Assembly: GCA_963695095.1 (NCBI GenBank) | Contig: CAVOFT010000001.1 | Span: 2,720,001 to 2,784,000 of the forward strand | From: an uncultured bacterium | Lineage (GTDB): Bacteria > Krumholzibacteriota > Krumholzibacteriia > JACNKJ01 | Direction of reading: 5' to 3' | DNA: 64,000 nucleotides | In this document: one piece after another, positions 38,520 to 48,146 of the stretch | Layout: every line of letters starts with the position of its first letter | How positions within the stretch are numbered: the stretch's first letter is position 1 | The notes under the pieces: model-generated | Databases searched by the model: none | The model's input: the letters and a program-made list of their open reading frames with translations, nothing else | What the model was told of the DNA's origin: nothing | Program-made: the position numbers and the translations under genes

Positions 38520-40709
38520 ATGGCGAATCGCCCGCTCTACATTCAGCTCTTCCATCTGCACGGCCTCTTCCGCGGCGAGAACCTGGAGCTCGGTCGCGAC
38601 GCCGACACCGGCGGCCAGACCAAGTACGTGCTCGAGCTGGCCAACGCGTTGGCGCGCGACGAGGGCGTCGCCAGCGTGGATGTCTTCACCCGACGCATCG
38701 AGGACTCGCGGGTGAGCCCGGACTATGCCCAGCCGCTCGAACACCTGGGCCGCAAGCTCCGCATCGTGCGCATCCGCTGTGGCGGGCCGCGCTACCGGCG
38801 CAAGGAGCTACTCTGGCCGCACCTCGACGAGTTCGTCGACAACTGCCTGCGCTTCATGCGGGCCCGCGATCTCGTCCCCGATATCATGCACGCGCACTAC
38901 GCCGATGCCGGCTATGTCGGCAGCCAGATGGCGCCCCTCTTCGGCGTACCACTGGTCTTCACGGGCCATTCGCTGGGGCGGGCCAAGCTCGAGCACCTGG
39001 CGACGGCCGGCATGAGCGAGGCGGAAGCCGATCGGCGCTACGCGATCCGTTATCGCATTGCCGTCGAGGAGCAGGTGCTCCAGCGCGCGGACCTCGTCGT
39101 CACCAGCACGCGGCAGGAGCAAAGGGACCAGTACGGCCTCTACGCCGCCGGCCTCGAGCGCAGCGCGGTAATCCCGCCGGGGATCGACGCCCGTGTCTTC
39201 CGGCCCTTCTTCCAGGCGCCGCGGGATCGCCGCAGCGTCGCCGTGCGCCGCCACCTCGAGGCAGAGCTGGCGCGATTCCACATGCAGCGGTCGAAGCCCC
39301 TCGTGCTTGCGCTGAGTCGGCCCGACCGGCGCAAGAACATCTCCGCGCTCGTCCATGCCTACGGCAGCGATCGCGCGTTGCGCCAGACGGCCAACCTGGC
39401 CATTTTCGCCGGCCTGCGCAAGGACATCAGCGGCATGCCCGACAACGAGCGCGAGGTGCTCAGCGAGATGCTGCTGCTGATGGACCGCTACGACCTCTAC
39501 GGATCGATGGCGATCCCCAAGCGGCACGACTCGGAGCAGGACGTACCGGAGCTGTACCGGCTGGCTGCGCGCAGCCGCGGGGTCTTCGTGAACCCGGCCC
39601 TCACGGAGCCCTTCGGCCTTACCCTCATCGAGGCGGCGGCGAGCGGCCTGCCGGTGGTGTCCACGCATGACGGCGGCCCGCAGGAGATCCTCGACAAGTG
39701 CGGCCACGGCGAACTGGTGGACCCGAACGACCCGGAGGCGATCGCCGCCGCGATCAAGGCCGTGATCGGCAATCCCCAGCGCTGGGCGAAGCTCTCGGCC
39801 AGCGGCATCCGCGGCGTGGAGAAGCACTACACCTGGCGGGCGCACGTGAGCAACTACCTCGCCGAGCTGGGCCGCTTCGCCCGCACCGCGCCCCAGCACA
39901 TCATCCATGGCGCCGCGCCTGAGCTGGCGATCGCGACTCGGCTGCGTCGCGTCAAGCACTTGCTGATCACGGACATCGACGACACCCTGATCGGGGATCC
40001 CGATGCCCTGCTCCGCCTCATCGCCCTGCTGGAGCGGCGCCGCGAGCTGCTCGCCTTCGGCGTGGCCACGGGCCGCCCGATCGAATCGGCCCGCGCCATC
40101 CTGGCCGCGCATGGCGTGCCGCCGCCGGATCTCACGGTCAGCTCGGTCGGTGCCGAGCTCTACTTCGGCGACGCCACCATCCCCGACCGCGGCTGGGAGA
40201 CGCACATCGCGCACCGCTGGGATCGGGAGGAGCTGGCCTCGCGCCTGGCGCGCGTGAAGGGTCTCCGGCTGCAGGAGGCGGCCACGCAACGCCGCTTCAA
40301 GCTCAGCTACTACGTGGAGCCGGCGCGTTTCCGGCGCCAGGCCCTGGACGCGGCGCTGCAGGGCGTGGAGAGCCGCTACACGCTGATCATCTCCGGCGAC
40401 GGCGCCTACCTCGACCTGCTGCCCTATCGCGCGTCCAAGGGCCAGGCCGTCCGCTACCTCGCCTACAAGTGGGACATCGCGCCGAGCACGATCCTCGTGG
40501 CCGGCGACTCGGGCAACGATCGCGAGATGCTCACCGGGCGCATGCCCGCGGTGGTCGTCGCCAATCATCGGCAGGAGCTGGCGGACCTGCGCCGACCGCG
40601 CCGACCCGGCATCTACTTCTCGGCGCACTCCCAGGCCGCAGGCATCCTGGACGGCCTGCAGCACTTCGATTTCGTTCCGGAGGAGGAGCTGCGCGCCGGC
40701 CCTTTTTGA
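38520..40709 (+). CDS. sucrose-phosphate synthase with C-terminal HAD sucrose-phosphatase domain
   Basis: HGLFRG..ELGRDADTGGQ, HAHYADA, FTGHSLG and NPALTEPFGLT; HAD motifs TDIDDTL, ATGR, SKG and GDSGND. Confidence 0.92.
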   Translation: MANRPLYIQLFHLHGLFRGENLELGRDADTGGQTKYVLELANALARDEGVASVDVFTRRIEDSRVSPDYAQPLEHLGRKLRIVRIRCGGPRYRRKELLWPHLDEFVDNCLRFMRARDLVPDIMHAHYADAGYVGSQMAPLFGVPLVFTGHSLGRAKLEHLATAGMSEAEADRRYAIRYRIAVEEQVLQRADLVVTSTRQEQRDQYGLYAAGLERSAVIPPGIDARVFRPFFQAPRDRRSVAVRRHLEAELARFHMQRSKPLVLALSRPDRRKNISALVHAYGSDRALRQTANLAIFAGLRKDISGMPDNEREVLSEMLLLMDRYDLYGSMAIPKRHDSEQDVPELYRLAARSRGVFVNPALTEPFGLTLIEAAASGLPVVSTHDGGPQEILDKCGHGELVDPNDPEAIAAAIKAVIGNPQRWAKLSASGIRGVEKHYTWRAHVSNYLAELGRFARTAPQHIIHGAAPELAIATRLRRVKHLLITDIDDTLIGDPDALLRLIALLERRRELLAFGVATGRPIESARAILAAHGVPPPDLTVSSVGAELYFGDATIPDRGWETHIAHRWDREELASRLARVKGLRLQEAATQRRFKLSYYVEPARFRRQALDAALQGVESRYTLIISGDGAYLDLLPYRASKGQAVRYLAYKWDIAPSTILVAGDSGNDREMLTGRMPAVVVANHRQELADLRRPRRPGIYFSAHSQAAGILDGLQHFDFVPEEELRAGPF

Positions 40710-40833
40710 AGCGGGCCCGCGCCGCGGGCCCACCTCGCTGAGCACAGGCCCGATCCCGGCCCGGGGGGAGAAGCGCTGGGCTCCCCCCCCCCCCCCAGCT
40801 CCTGGACTGTGGTCGCGCGCAGCGCCGTGAGGC

Positions 40834-43257
40834 CTACTTGACGACGAGGTTGAGCAACTTGCCCGGCACGTAGACGGCCTTGACCACCTGCTTGCCCGCC
40901 AGCCAGGGCGCGAGCTGGGCGCTGGCGAAGGCGATCGCCTTCACTTGCGCCTCGTCGATGTCGGCGGGCAGCTCGTGGCGGTCGCGCACCTTGCCGTTGA
41001 CCTGCACCACCACGGTCACGGTCTCGACACTGAGGTAGGCCGGATCGTGCTCCGGCCAAGGCGCCCAGGCGATGGACTCCGCGTGGCCCAGGCGCTCCCA
41101 GATCTCCTCGGCCAGGTGCGGCGCATAGGGCGCCAGGAGGCGCAGGAAGGCCTCGAGCGCGGCGCGCGGCCGCTCGCTGCGCGGCGTCATCTCGTTGACG
41201 AAGACCATCAGCTGGCTGATCGCCGTGTTGAAGTGCAGGCCATCGGTCATCGCCGTGACCTCGGCAATCGTCCGGTGGAGGATCCGCAGCGTCTCCGTAT
41301 CCGGGGGCGCCTCCGTCAGCGCCGGATGCAGGCGGTCGTCCTCGTCGAAGAAGAGCCGCCAGGCGCGCGCCAGGAAGCGGTGGATGCCCTCGATGCCCTG
41401 GGTGTTCCAGGGCTTGTCCCGCTCGAGGGGACCCAGGAACATCAGAAAGAGGCGCAGGCTGTCGGCGCCGTGCGCGCGAATGACCTCGTCGGGGTTGACG
41501 ACGTTGCCGCGGCTCTTGCTCATCTTCTCGCCGTCCTCGCCCAGGATCATGCCCTGGTTGCGCAGGCGCAGGAAGGGCTCGGGGGTGGAGACGAGGCCGA
41601 GGTCGAAGAGCACCTTGTGCCAGAAGCGGGCGTAGAGCAGGTGGAGCACGGCGTGCTCCGCCCCGCCGACGTAGAGGTCCACCGGCATCCAGTAGCGTTC
41701 GGCCTCCGGCGACCAGGCCGCTTCATCGTTGTGCGGATCCAGAAAGCGCAGGTAGTACCAGCAGCTGCCCGCCCACTGGGGCATCGTGTTGGTCTCGCGC
41801 CGCGCAGGGCGGCCCGTGCGCGGGTCCGTGGTCTCGATCCACTCGCGCATGGCGGCCAGGGGGCTCTCGCCCGTGCCGGCCGGCTTGTAGGACTCCACCT
41901 CGGGCAGCAGGACGGGCAGCTCCTCTGCTCCCAGCACGCGCAGGCTGCCGTCTTCCAGGTGCAGCAGCGGGAAGGGCTCGCCCCAGTAGCGCTGCCGGCT
42001 GAAGAGCCAGTCGCGCAGCTTGTACTGCACGGTCGCCTTGCCCCTGCCCTCGGCCTCGAGCCAGGCCGTGATCTTGGCCTTGGCGGCGCCGATCGCCAGC
42101 CCATCGAGGAAGCCGCTGTTGATGGCCGGCCCCTCGCCCGTGTAGGCCTTGCCCTCCCAGCCGGCGGGCGGCGCCACCGTGCGCAGGATGGGCAGGCCGA
42201 AGGCTTCGGCGAACTCCCAGTCGCGCTCGTCCTGGCCGGGCACGGCCATGATCGCGCCCGTGCCGTAGCCCATCAGCACGTAGTCGGCAACCCAGATCGG
42301 GATGGGCGCCTCGGTCACCGGGTTCACGGCATAGGCGCCCGTGAAGACGCCCGTCTTCTCCTTCGCCATGCCGCGGTCGAGCTCGCTCTTGCGCGCGGCG
42401 GCGGCGCGATAGGCGGCCACCGCCTGGCGCTGCTCGGGGCTCGTGAGCTGATCGACCAGCGGATGCTCGGGCGCCAGGACCATGTAGGTGGCGCCGAAGA
42501 GCGTGTCCGGGCGCGTCGTGAAGACGCGGATGGTCGCCGGCGGCGCGGCGTCGGCTACCGGGAAGTCCACCTCGGCGCCCTCGCTGCGGCCGATCCAGTT
42601 GCGCTGCAGCTCCTTGATGTTCTCCGGCCAGTCGAGGTCCTCCAGGTCGGCCAGCAGCCGCTCGGCGTAGGCGGTGATGCGCAGCATCCACTGGCGCATG
42701 GGCCGGCGGATCACCGGGTGGCCGCCGATCTCGCTGAGCCCGTCGACCACTTCCTCGTTGGCCAGCACGGTGCCCAGGGCCGGGCACCAGTTCACGGCGA
42801 CCTCGGCCTCGTAGGCCAGGCCCCGCTCGAAGAGCTTCGTGAAGATCCACTGCGTCCACTTGTAGTAGCGCGGCTGCGTGGTGTCGATCTCGCGATCCCA
42901 GTCGAAGCTGAGACCGAAGAGCTTCAGCTGCCGCCGGAAGTTGGCGATGTTGCGGTCCGTCGTCGCGCGCGGATGGGTACCGGTCTTGATGGCGTAGTTC
43001 TCGGCCGGCAGGCCGAAGGCGTCCCAGCCCATCGGGTGCAGCACGTTGAAGCCGCGCATGCGCCAGAAGCGGGAGACGATGTCCGAGGCCGTGTAGCCCT
43101 CGGGATGGCCCACGTGCAGCCCGTCGCCGCTCGGATAGGGATACATGTCCAGCACGTAGCGCTTGGGGCGCGCCGGATCCAGCTCCGCCTTGAAGGTGCG
43201 GCGCTCCTCCCAGTAGCGCTGCCACTTGGGCTCGATGCGTGCAGGATCGTAGGGCAT
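40834..43257 (-). CDS. leuS: leucine--tRNA ligase
   Basis: MYPYPSG.GLHVGH (HIGH), [19 protein letters not shown] and KMSKS. Confidence 0.98.
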   Translation of the reverse strand: MPYDPARIEPKWQRYWEERRTFKAELDPARPKRYVLDMYPYPSGDGLHVGHPEGYTASDIVSRFWRMRGFNVLHPMGWDAFGLPAENYAIKTGTHPRATTDRNIANFRRQLKLFGLSFDWDREIDTTQPRYYKWTQWIFTKLFERGLAYEAEVAVNWCPALGTVLANEEVVDGLSEIGGHPVIRRPMRQWMLRITAYAERLLADLEDLDWPENIKELQRNWIGRSEGAEVDFPVADAAPPATIRVFTTRPDTLFGATYMVLAPEHPLVDQLTSPEQRQAVAAYRAAAARKSELDRGMAKEKTGVFTGAYAVNPVTEAPIPIWVADYVLMGYGTGAIMAVPGQDERDWEFAEAFGLPILRTVAPPAGWEGKAYTGEGPAINSGFLDGLAIGAAKAKITAWLEAEGRGKATVQYKLRDWLFSRQRYWGEPFPLLHLEDGSLRVLGAEELPVLLPEVESYKPAGTGESPLAAMREWIETTDPRTGRPARRETNTMPQWAGSCWYYLRFLDPHNDEAAWSPEAERYWMPVDLYVGGAEHAVLHLLYARFWHKVLFDLGLVSTPEPFLRLRNQGMILGEDGEKMSKSRGNVVNPDEVIRAHGADSLRLFLMFLGPLERDKPWNTQGIEGIHRFLARAWRLFFDEDDRLHPALTEAPPDTETLRILHRTIAEVTAMTDGLHFNTAISQLMVFVNEMTPRSERPRAALEAFLRLLAPYAPHLAEEIWERLGHAESIAWAPWPEHDPAYLSVETVTVVVQVNGKVRDRHELPADIDEAQVKAIAFASAQLAPWLAGKQVVKAVYVPGKLLNLVVK

Positions 43258-43435
43258 GGGTCATCCTCGCCGGTGCGGCTGCGGGGGCGGGCCGGTCGCG
43301 GCCGACATAGGCGGCGTTATAAAGCAAGCTGCGCCGCGGCGCAAGCGCCCAGCTCCCGCCGGTCGCGCGCATCCAACTGCCGGTGGCCGGCATCCAAGCA
43401 GGGATCTGCGCCGCCCCCAGCCGAGGAAGCCGCCC

Positions 43436-44056
43436 ATGGAACGCATCGGAATCCTGCTTTGCCTCTGCCTGCTGGCCACCACCCCGGCCGGCGCCTTCGA
43501 CCTGCTCCTGGACATCGACGCCGACGGCGACCCGGCCACGCTGGCCACCGCCACGGAGGCCGGCAGCGCCGACCTGCGCCTCGTCCTGGCGCCCAGCGAC
43601 GGCGCCGAGTGGATCGCCGGCATCTCATTCGGCCTGGGCGGCACCTGCTGGGAGTGCTTTGGGCAGGGCGTGCCCTTCACCTACGGCAGCGAGGCGGACA
43701 TCTTCGGCGTCTTCGCCGACTGGCACGAGAGCCCGCTCTTCGCAACGAGCTGGGGCGACGTCAGCCTGTGCCTGGGCTGCTGCAACGGCGCCGGGGACGG
43801 CCCCGGCTACCACTTCATCTATGGCGCCGAGGCCGCCGATGGCGGCTTCTGGCTCACGGCGCCGGTCTTCATCGCCAGCTTCCAGGCCCGGGTGTCGGAC
43901 AGCGCTGTCTTCCCTCGCTGCCCGCGGCCCCCCGCCGACCTGATCAGCTTCCCCCTGCTCACCCAGGGCGCAGGCAACCGCGTGCTCATGGGCGGAGAGG
44001 CCCCGCCCACGCCCGCAGCCACGCAGAGCTGGAGCGCGATCAAGTCGCTCTACTAA
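43436..44056 (+). CDS. Cys-rich secreted hypothetical protein with C-terminal TQSWSAIKSLY motif
   Basis: GAGGA RBS, signal peptide ending AGA-F, and a Pro/Ala/Thr linker before the terminal motif. Confidence 0.75.
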   Translation: MERIGILLCLCLLATTPAGAFDLLLDIDADGDPATLATATEAGSADLRLVLAPSDGAEWIAGISFGLGGTCWECFGQGVPFTYGSEADIFGVFADWHESPLFATSWGDVSLCLGCCNGAGDGPGYHFIYGAEAADGGFWLTAPVFIASFQARVSDSAVFPRCPRPPADLISFPLLTQGAGNRVLMGGEAPPTPAATQSWSAIKSLY

Positions 44057-44071
44057 TCGAGGAAAGCAGCA

Positions 44072-45169
44072 TCAATCGAGCCCCGGAAGTTCTCCATCCC
44101 CGGTCGCGGGCAGGGGCAGGTAGCGCCGCAGGATCTTGCGGCTGAAGGCGGGCAGGCCCAGGCGCGGCAGCTCGGCCGGCGCCGCCCAGCGATACTCGAC
44201 GGCCCGCTCCCCGGCGCGAAACTCGGCGACGCCCGCCGTCACGCGCTGCCGCAATCGGTAGCGGGTGATGCCATGGCGCTCCTCGCCCAGGCGGCGCCTC
44301 GCGCTGAGGCGCAGGCCGAGCTGGCTCCAGCGCTCGACCGGCAGATCGCCGCCGCCGGCGAGGCGGTAGGGGAGATTCCAGAGCTCGCCCAGGAAGGGCC
44401 GCTCGCCGCGGGCGAGCAGCAGGCGCGCGCCGCCGGCGGGATGCCGGAGCAGGCCCACCTCGACGAGCAAGTCCTGCGGCCCGGGCGCGCGCGCGAGCTC
44501 CGGGTAGGCGGCCGCGCTGCCGCCGGCCAGCGCCCGGCAGTGCGGGGCCAGCGGACAGGCCGGGCAGCGGGGCGCCCGGGGCCGGCAGACGCGCGCGGCG
44601 AGTTCCATCACCGCCTGGTTGAGATCCCCCGGGCGCGCCGCGTCGACCAGGTCGGCCAGCCGCTGCCGGAGCTGGGTGGCCAGGGGCTGGCGGCGGGGAT
44701 CCCCCGCCAGGGCATCCAGACGGGTGAGCAGGCGGATGCCGTTGCCGTCCAGCGCGGGCACGCGCTCGCCGAAGGCGATGCTAGCGATCGCCCCCGCGGT
44801 ATAGGGCCCCACGCCGGGCAGAAGGGCCAGGGCGGCGGCGCTCGCCGGCACCTGCCCGTCGAGTTCGTCCTGCACCTGGCGGGCGGCGGCAAGCAGGTTG
44901 CGCGCGCGGCGGTAGTAGCCCAGACCGCTCCAGAGCGACAGCAGCTCTTCCTCGTCGGCGGCGGCGAGGGCGGCCAGATCCGGGTAGCGCGCGACGAAGC
45001 GTTCGAAGTAGGGGATCACCGTGGCCACCTGCGTCTGCTGGAGCATGATCTCCGAGACCCAGATGCGGTAGGGCGTCGCGGCCTCGCGCCAGGGCATGGG
45101 GCGGCGCTCCCGGTCGAACCAGGCCAGCAGGAGGCGGCGCAGGGCGCTGTCGCGGCGGGGGGAGAACAT
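44072..45169 (-). CDS. mutY: A/G-specific adenine glycosylase
   Basis: WVSEIMLQQTQV, WSGLGYYRRARNL, LPGVGPYTA and the Fe-S motif CRPRAPRCPACPLAPHC. Confidence 0.95.
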   Translation of the reverse strand: MFSPRRDSALRRLLLAWFDRERRPMPWREAATPYRIWVSEIMLQQTQVATVIPYFERFVARYPDLAALAAADEEELLSLWSGLGYYRRARNLLAAARQVQDELDGQVPASAAALALLPGVGPYTAGAIASIAFGERVPALDGNGIRLLTRLDALAGDPRRQPLATQLRQRLADLVDAARPGDLNQAVMELAARVCRPRAPRCPACPLAPHCRALAGGSAAAYPELARAPGPQDLLVEVGLLRHPAGGARLLLARGERPFLGELWNLPYRLAGGGDLPVERWSQLGLRLSARRRLGEERHGITRYRLRQRVTAGVAEFRAGERAVEYRWAAPAELPRLGLPAFSRKILRRYLPLPATGDGELPGLD

Positions 45170-45253
45170 CGGCACCTCGTCTGGCAATCGCCGGTGAACC
45201 AGGGTATCCTGCCGCCGGGGCCGGCACAAGGACAGCGCCCCCGCAGGAGAGCC

Positions 45254-45835
45254 ATGCACCGGAGCGACAGCGAAGAGAGCGCCTCACCGGCGGAGGCCGG
45301 CCCCGCGCAGCATCGGCGGGAGGGGCTCGGGGCCCTGGGCCTGGCCCTGATCACGGTAAGCGATACCCGCAGCCTGGCCGATGATCGCTCCGGCGCCCTG
45401 ACCATCAGCTTGCTCGAGGCGGCGGGCCACCGCGTGCTCAGCCGCAGCCTGGTGGCGGACGAGCCGGCTCGCATCGAGGCGGCGATCCTGGCGGCGCTCG
45501 CCGTCCCGGATTGCGCTGCGGTGCTGCTCACCGGCGGCACGGGCGTGAGCCCGCGCGACGGCACGCCAGAAGTGCTCGCCCGCCTCTGGGAGCGCGAGCT
45601 GCCGGGCTTCGGTGAGCTGTTTCGCTGGTTGAGCTGGCAGGAGATCGGTCCGGCAGCCATGCTGAGCCGCGCCTGCGCCGGCCAGCGCGAGGGTCGACTC
45701 CTCGTCTCCCTGCCGGGCTCCCCCGCTGCCGTGCGCCTGGCACTCGAGGGCTTGCTGCTGCCGGAGCTGGGCCACCTCGTCGCTCAGTTGCAGAAGGCCG
45801 AAGGCCCGCAAACAGAGGGGCCGGCCCCTCGCTGA
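45254..45835 (+). CDS. MoaB/MogA molybdenum cofactor biosynthesis protein
   Basis: Motifs ITVSD, DRSG, TGGTGVSPRDGTPE, LPGFGELFR and SLPGS. Confidence 0.9.
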   Translation: MHRSDSEESASPAEAGPAQHRREGLGALGLALITVSDTRSLADDRSGALTISLLEAAGHRVLSRSLVADEPARIEAAILAALAVPDCAAVLLTGGTGVSPRDGTPEVLARLWERELPGFGELFRWLSWQEIGPAAMLSRACAGQREGRLLVSLPGSPAAVRLALEGLLLPELGHLVAQLQKAEGPQTEGPAPR

Positions 45836-45848
45836 AGAGGAGCCGGCC
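45819..45848. terminator. hairpin between the MoaB-like gene and the rod-shaped element
   Basis: GGCCGGCCCCTC-GCTGAA-GAGGAGCCGGCC pairs fully, with one G-U, on the minus strand. Confidence 0.55.
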
Positions 45849-45856
45849 TGACAGAG

Positions 45857-45994
45857 TGGGCGGAACGAATCCTGAACCCCCTCACCGCTTCGAAGACCGG
45901 ACTACCTGCTTACCCCTCACTGCTCACCACGGCGAACAGCCAACCAGTCCGACGATCCTCGAAGCCCTCTCAGTCCGTTCGTTCGTCCCGCCCA
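45857..45994 (-). ncRNA. candidate rod-shaped structured ncRNA (6S-like overall shape)
   Basis: Five nested stems that need G-U pairs on the minus strand, bracketed by terminators, with no credible ORF. Confidence 0.55.
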
Positions 45995-46051
45995 GAATCG
46001 ACGGCCCGATCGGGTTCACCCTAACCGGGCCTTGTAGTCCAGAATCTACCG

Positions 46052-46077
46052 AAAAAAAGGGGCTAATGCAACCCCTT
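46052..46077 (-). terminator. intrinsic terminator overlapping the Rrf2 stop
   Basis: GGGGTTG-CAT-TAGCCCC followed by TTTTTTT. Confidence 0.7.
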
Positions 46078-46509
46078 CTCCGCGAGCAACCGACGCTTTT
46101 CTTCCAGCTTCCCGACCATCTGCGCCAGGTTCTTGCCCTCGAGCGTCAGGCGGATCTGGCCGCGAATCTTCGACCACTCGTCGTGCAGCGGGCAGGGGGC
46201 CTCGTCCGAGCAGACATCGATGCCCAGGATGCAGATCTCGTCGTAATTGGCGATGTGGTCGATCGGGTCGACGATATCGTAGAGGGTGATCTCCTCGGGC
46301 TTGCGGGAGAGGCAGAAGCCGCCCCGCGGCCCGCGATGGGAGCGCACCAGGCCCTTGCGCGAGAGGATTTGCATGGTCTTGGCCAGGAAGTGGAAGGGGA
46401 CGTCTTCCTTCTCGGCCACGTCCTTGAGCTGGATGAGCTGGCCAGGGGGCTGCTCGGCCAGGTAGACCATGGCTCGAATCGCGTATTCAGCGGCCTTGGA
46501 GTAGAGCAC
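46063..46509 (-). CDS. Rrf2 family Fe-S transcriptional regulator
   Basis: YAIRAMVYLA, SHRGPRGGF and three Cys in CILGIDVCSDEAPCPLH. Confidence 0.92.
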   Translation of the reverse strand: MLYSKAAEYAIRAMVYLAEQPPGQLIQLKDVAEKEDVPFHFLAKTMQILSRKGLVRSHRGPRGGFCLSRKPEEITLYDIVDPIDHIANYDEICILGIDVCSDEAPCPLHDEWSKIRGQIRLTLEGKNLAQMVGKLEEKRRLLAEKGLH

Positions 46510-46572
46510 GGAGCCTCCTCGGGCAGGGTGCTATCGAATGCGGGAAGATGAAAATATTGCCTTGAAGCGGCT

Positions 46573-46601
46573 AAGCTAACCAGCACGGCAGCCGCTGTCA
46601 A
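46573..46601 (-). promoter_or_regulatory. sigma70-type promoter of the Rrf2 gene, overlapped by an inverted repeat
   Basis: TTGACA-17 nt-TAGCTT; the AGCGGCT/AGCCGCT arms are at 46566-46572 and 46590-46596. Confidence 0.6.
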
Positions 46602-46628
46602 TAGGCATCGCGGATCCGAACTGGTTTT

Positions 46629-47825
46629 TTAGGCCGGCTTCACGACCAGGACAGTGAGGTCGTCCGCCCAGGGAGCCGAGCCCCCGAAAGCCCTCGCCTC
46701 GGCCACGATGCGCTCGACGGTTTCGGCAGAGGAGAGGTGGAAGCAGGCGCGGAAGGCCTCGAGCAGGCGCTTCTCCCCCCACTCGTCGTCCCCCCGCCGC
46801 CTCTCGATGAGGCCGTCCGTGAAGAGGATCATCTGGCGGCCCGGCGTCAGCTGCGTGAAGCCCCGGCTGTAGTTGGAATCGCTCCGCGGCCCCAGGATGG
46901 TGCCGCCGACGGCCAGGCGCTCCACGGCCTGCCCCGGTCCGATGAGGATGGGCTCGCAGTGGCCGGCGTTGACGTAGATCAGCGTTCCGTTGCGCTCGAG
47001 CTCACCGTAAAACAGGCTGACGAAGCGCGTCGCCAGCCGGCTGGCATGGATCACCTGGTTGAGCCGGCGGATCATGACCGTGATCTTCATTTCCTTCTCC
47101 ACGCCCATGCGCAGACCGGTCACCACGTCGCGGGCCTGCAGAGCCGCGGGCAGGCCATGGCCACTGGCGTCACCCACGGCGATGCCCAGCGCCTCCTCGC
47201 CGAGGTCCATGAAGTCGTGGATGTCGCCCCCCACCTCCGCGGACTCGGCGGCGAAGGTGCAGGCGCTGATGTCGAAGCCCTCGAAGCGAGGCGGGTGCGT
47301 GGGCAGGAGGCTGAGCTGGATGGCCTCGGCTTCGTTGATCTCCGCCGCCATCTGCGCCTGCTTCAGGCGCAGGCCGAGGCTGTGCTGGATGGCGCCAAGA
47401 GCGAAGAGCAGCGCCTCCTCTTCAGCCTGCCCCTCGAGGCCGAAGGAGATCAGAAAGCGGCCGGCGTCGAGGACGAAGGCGGCGAAGTTGCGCACGCCAA
47501 TGCGTGACTCCAGCTTCGAATCGTAGCCGGGAAAGTCCTCGTGGATGGCGACGATGCGCTCGCTGAGGATGGCCTGGATGGGCGGATAGCTCGCCGGGAT
47601 GGCGAAGCCCTTGAGATCGGCGCCCAGCGGGGCCGTGCTATGCCGCAGGTAGTAGTGGCTATCGTTGAGAACGTAGAGCCGGCCGCTGATCGTGCCCAGG
47701 TCCTCGCGGAAGGCCTGGACGATCTGGTCGACGGCGCGGGCAAGGTCATGGTGCGGGCTGCGCTCCACGACGATGCTGCCCAGGAGCGCGTCCAGCTTGC
47801 GGTAGAAGGCTTTGTTATTGAACAT
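46629..47825 (-). CDS. SpoIIE/RsbU-like PP2C phosphatase with N-terminal sensor-like domain
   Basis: Motifs IQLSLLP, VGGD, GDASGHG, YVNAGH, FTDGLIE and DDLT. Confidence 0.9.
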   Translation of the reverse strand: MFNNKAFYRKLDALLGSIVVERSPHHDLARAVDQIVQAFREDLGTISGRLYVLNDSHYYLRHSTAPLGADLKGFAIPASYPPIQAILSERIVAIHEDFPGYDSKLESRIGVRNFAAFVLDAGRFLISFGLEGQAEEEALLFALGAIQHSLGLRLKQAQMAAEINEAEAIQLSLLPTHPPRFEGFDISACTFAAESAEVGGDIHDFMDLGEEALGIAVGDASGHGLPAALQARDVVTGLRMGVEKEMKITVMIRRLNQVIHASRLATRFVSLFYGELERNGTLIYVNAGHCEPILIGPGQAVERLAVGGTILGPRSDSNYSRGFTQLTPGRQMILFTDGLIERRRGDDEWGEKRLLEAFRACFHLSSAETVERIVAEARAFGGSAPWADDLTVLVVKPA

Positions 47826-47827
47826 CG

Positions 47828-48061
47828 CTAGCGTGCCGCGGCAATGGCCGCGTGAATCTCCTCGTCCTCGGGGAAGCGACCCAGGGCCTTCTTGGAGAAG
47901 ACCAGCTTGCCGCCCACGGTCACTTCGAAGACGCCGCCGCCGGAGCGAATGAGCGTGGGCGCAATTCCGAAGCGGTCCTGGATGTCCGCCGCCAGACCGG
48001 CGGCGCGTGGCTCATAGTTTCAAACGACGCAGAACTCGATGCTGACCACTGGCTCGGCCAT
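47828..48061 (-). CDS. SelW/Rdx-family selenoprotein (CxxU), 77 aa; UGA at 48020-48022
   Basis: Manual translation: MAEPVVSIEFCVV-U-NYEPRAAGLAADIQDRFGIAPTLIRSGGGVFEVTVGGKLVFSKKALGRFPEDEEIHAAIAAAR; RBS AAAGGAG. Confidence 0.9.
47987..48005 (-). promoter_or_regulatory. bacterial SECIS element of the Rdx gene
   Basis: CGCCGCC-GGUCU-GGCGGCG; the loop begins 21 nt after the UGA. Confidence 0.75.
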
Positions 48062-48146
48062 GGCCCTCTCCTTTCGCCGCGTGAGGTGGACAGGCAGGTG
48101 AGCGCAGGGAAGCACAGGCCGCCCGCCCTGTCAACGCGCCGGAGCC

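Noticed and set aside
40762..40797. Long C homopolymer as a phase-variation tract
   Set aside because: It is intergenic between convergent genes and is one arm of a G/C hairpin, and homopolymer length is unreliable in this sequence.
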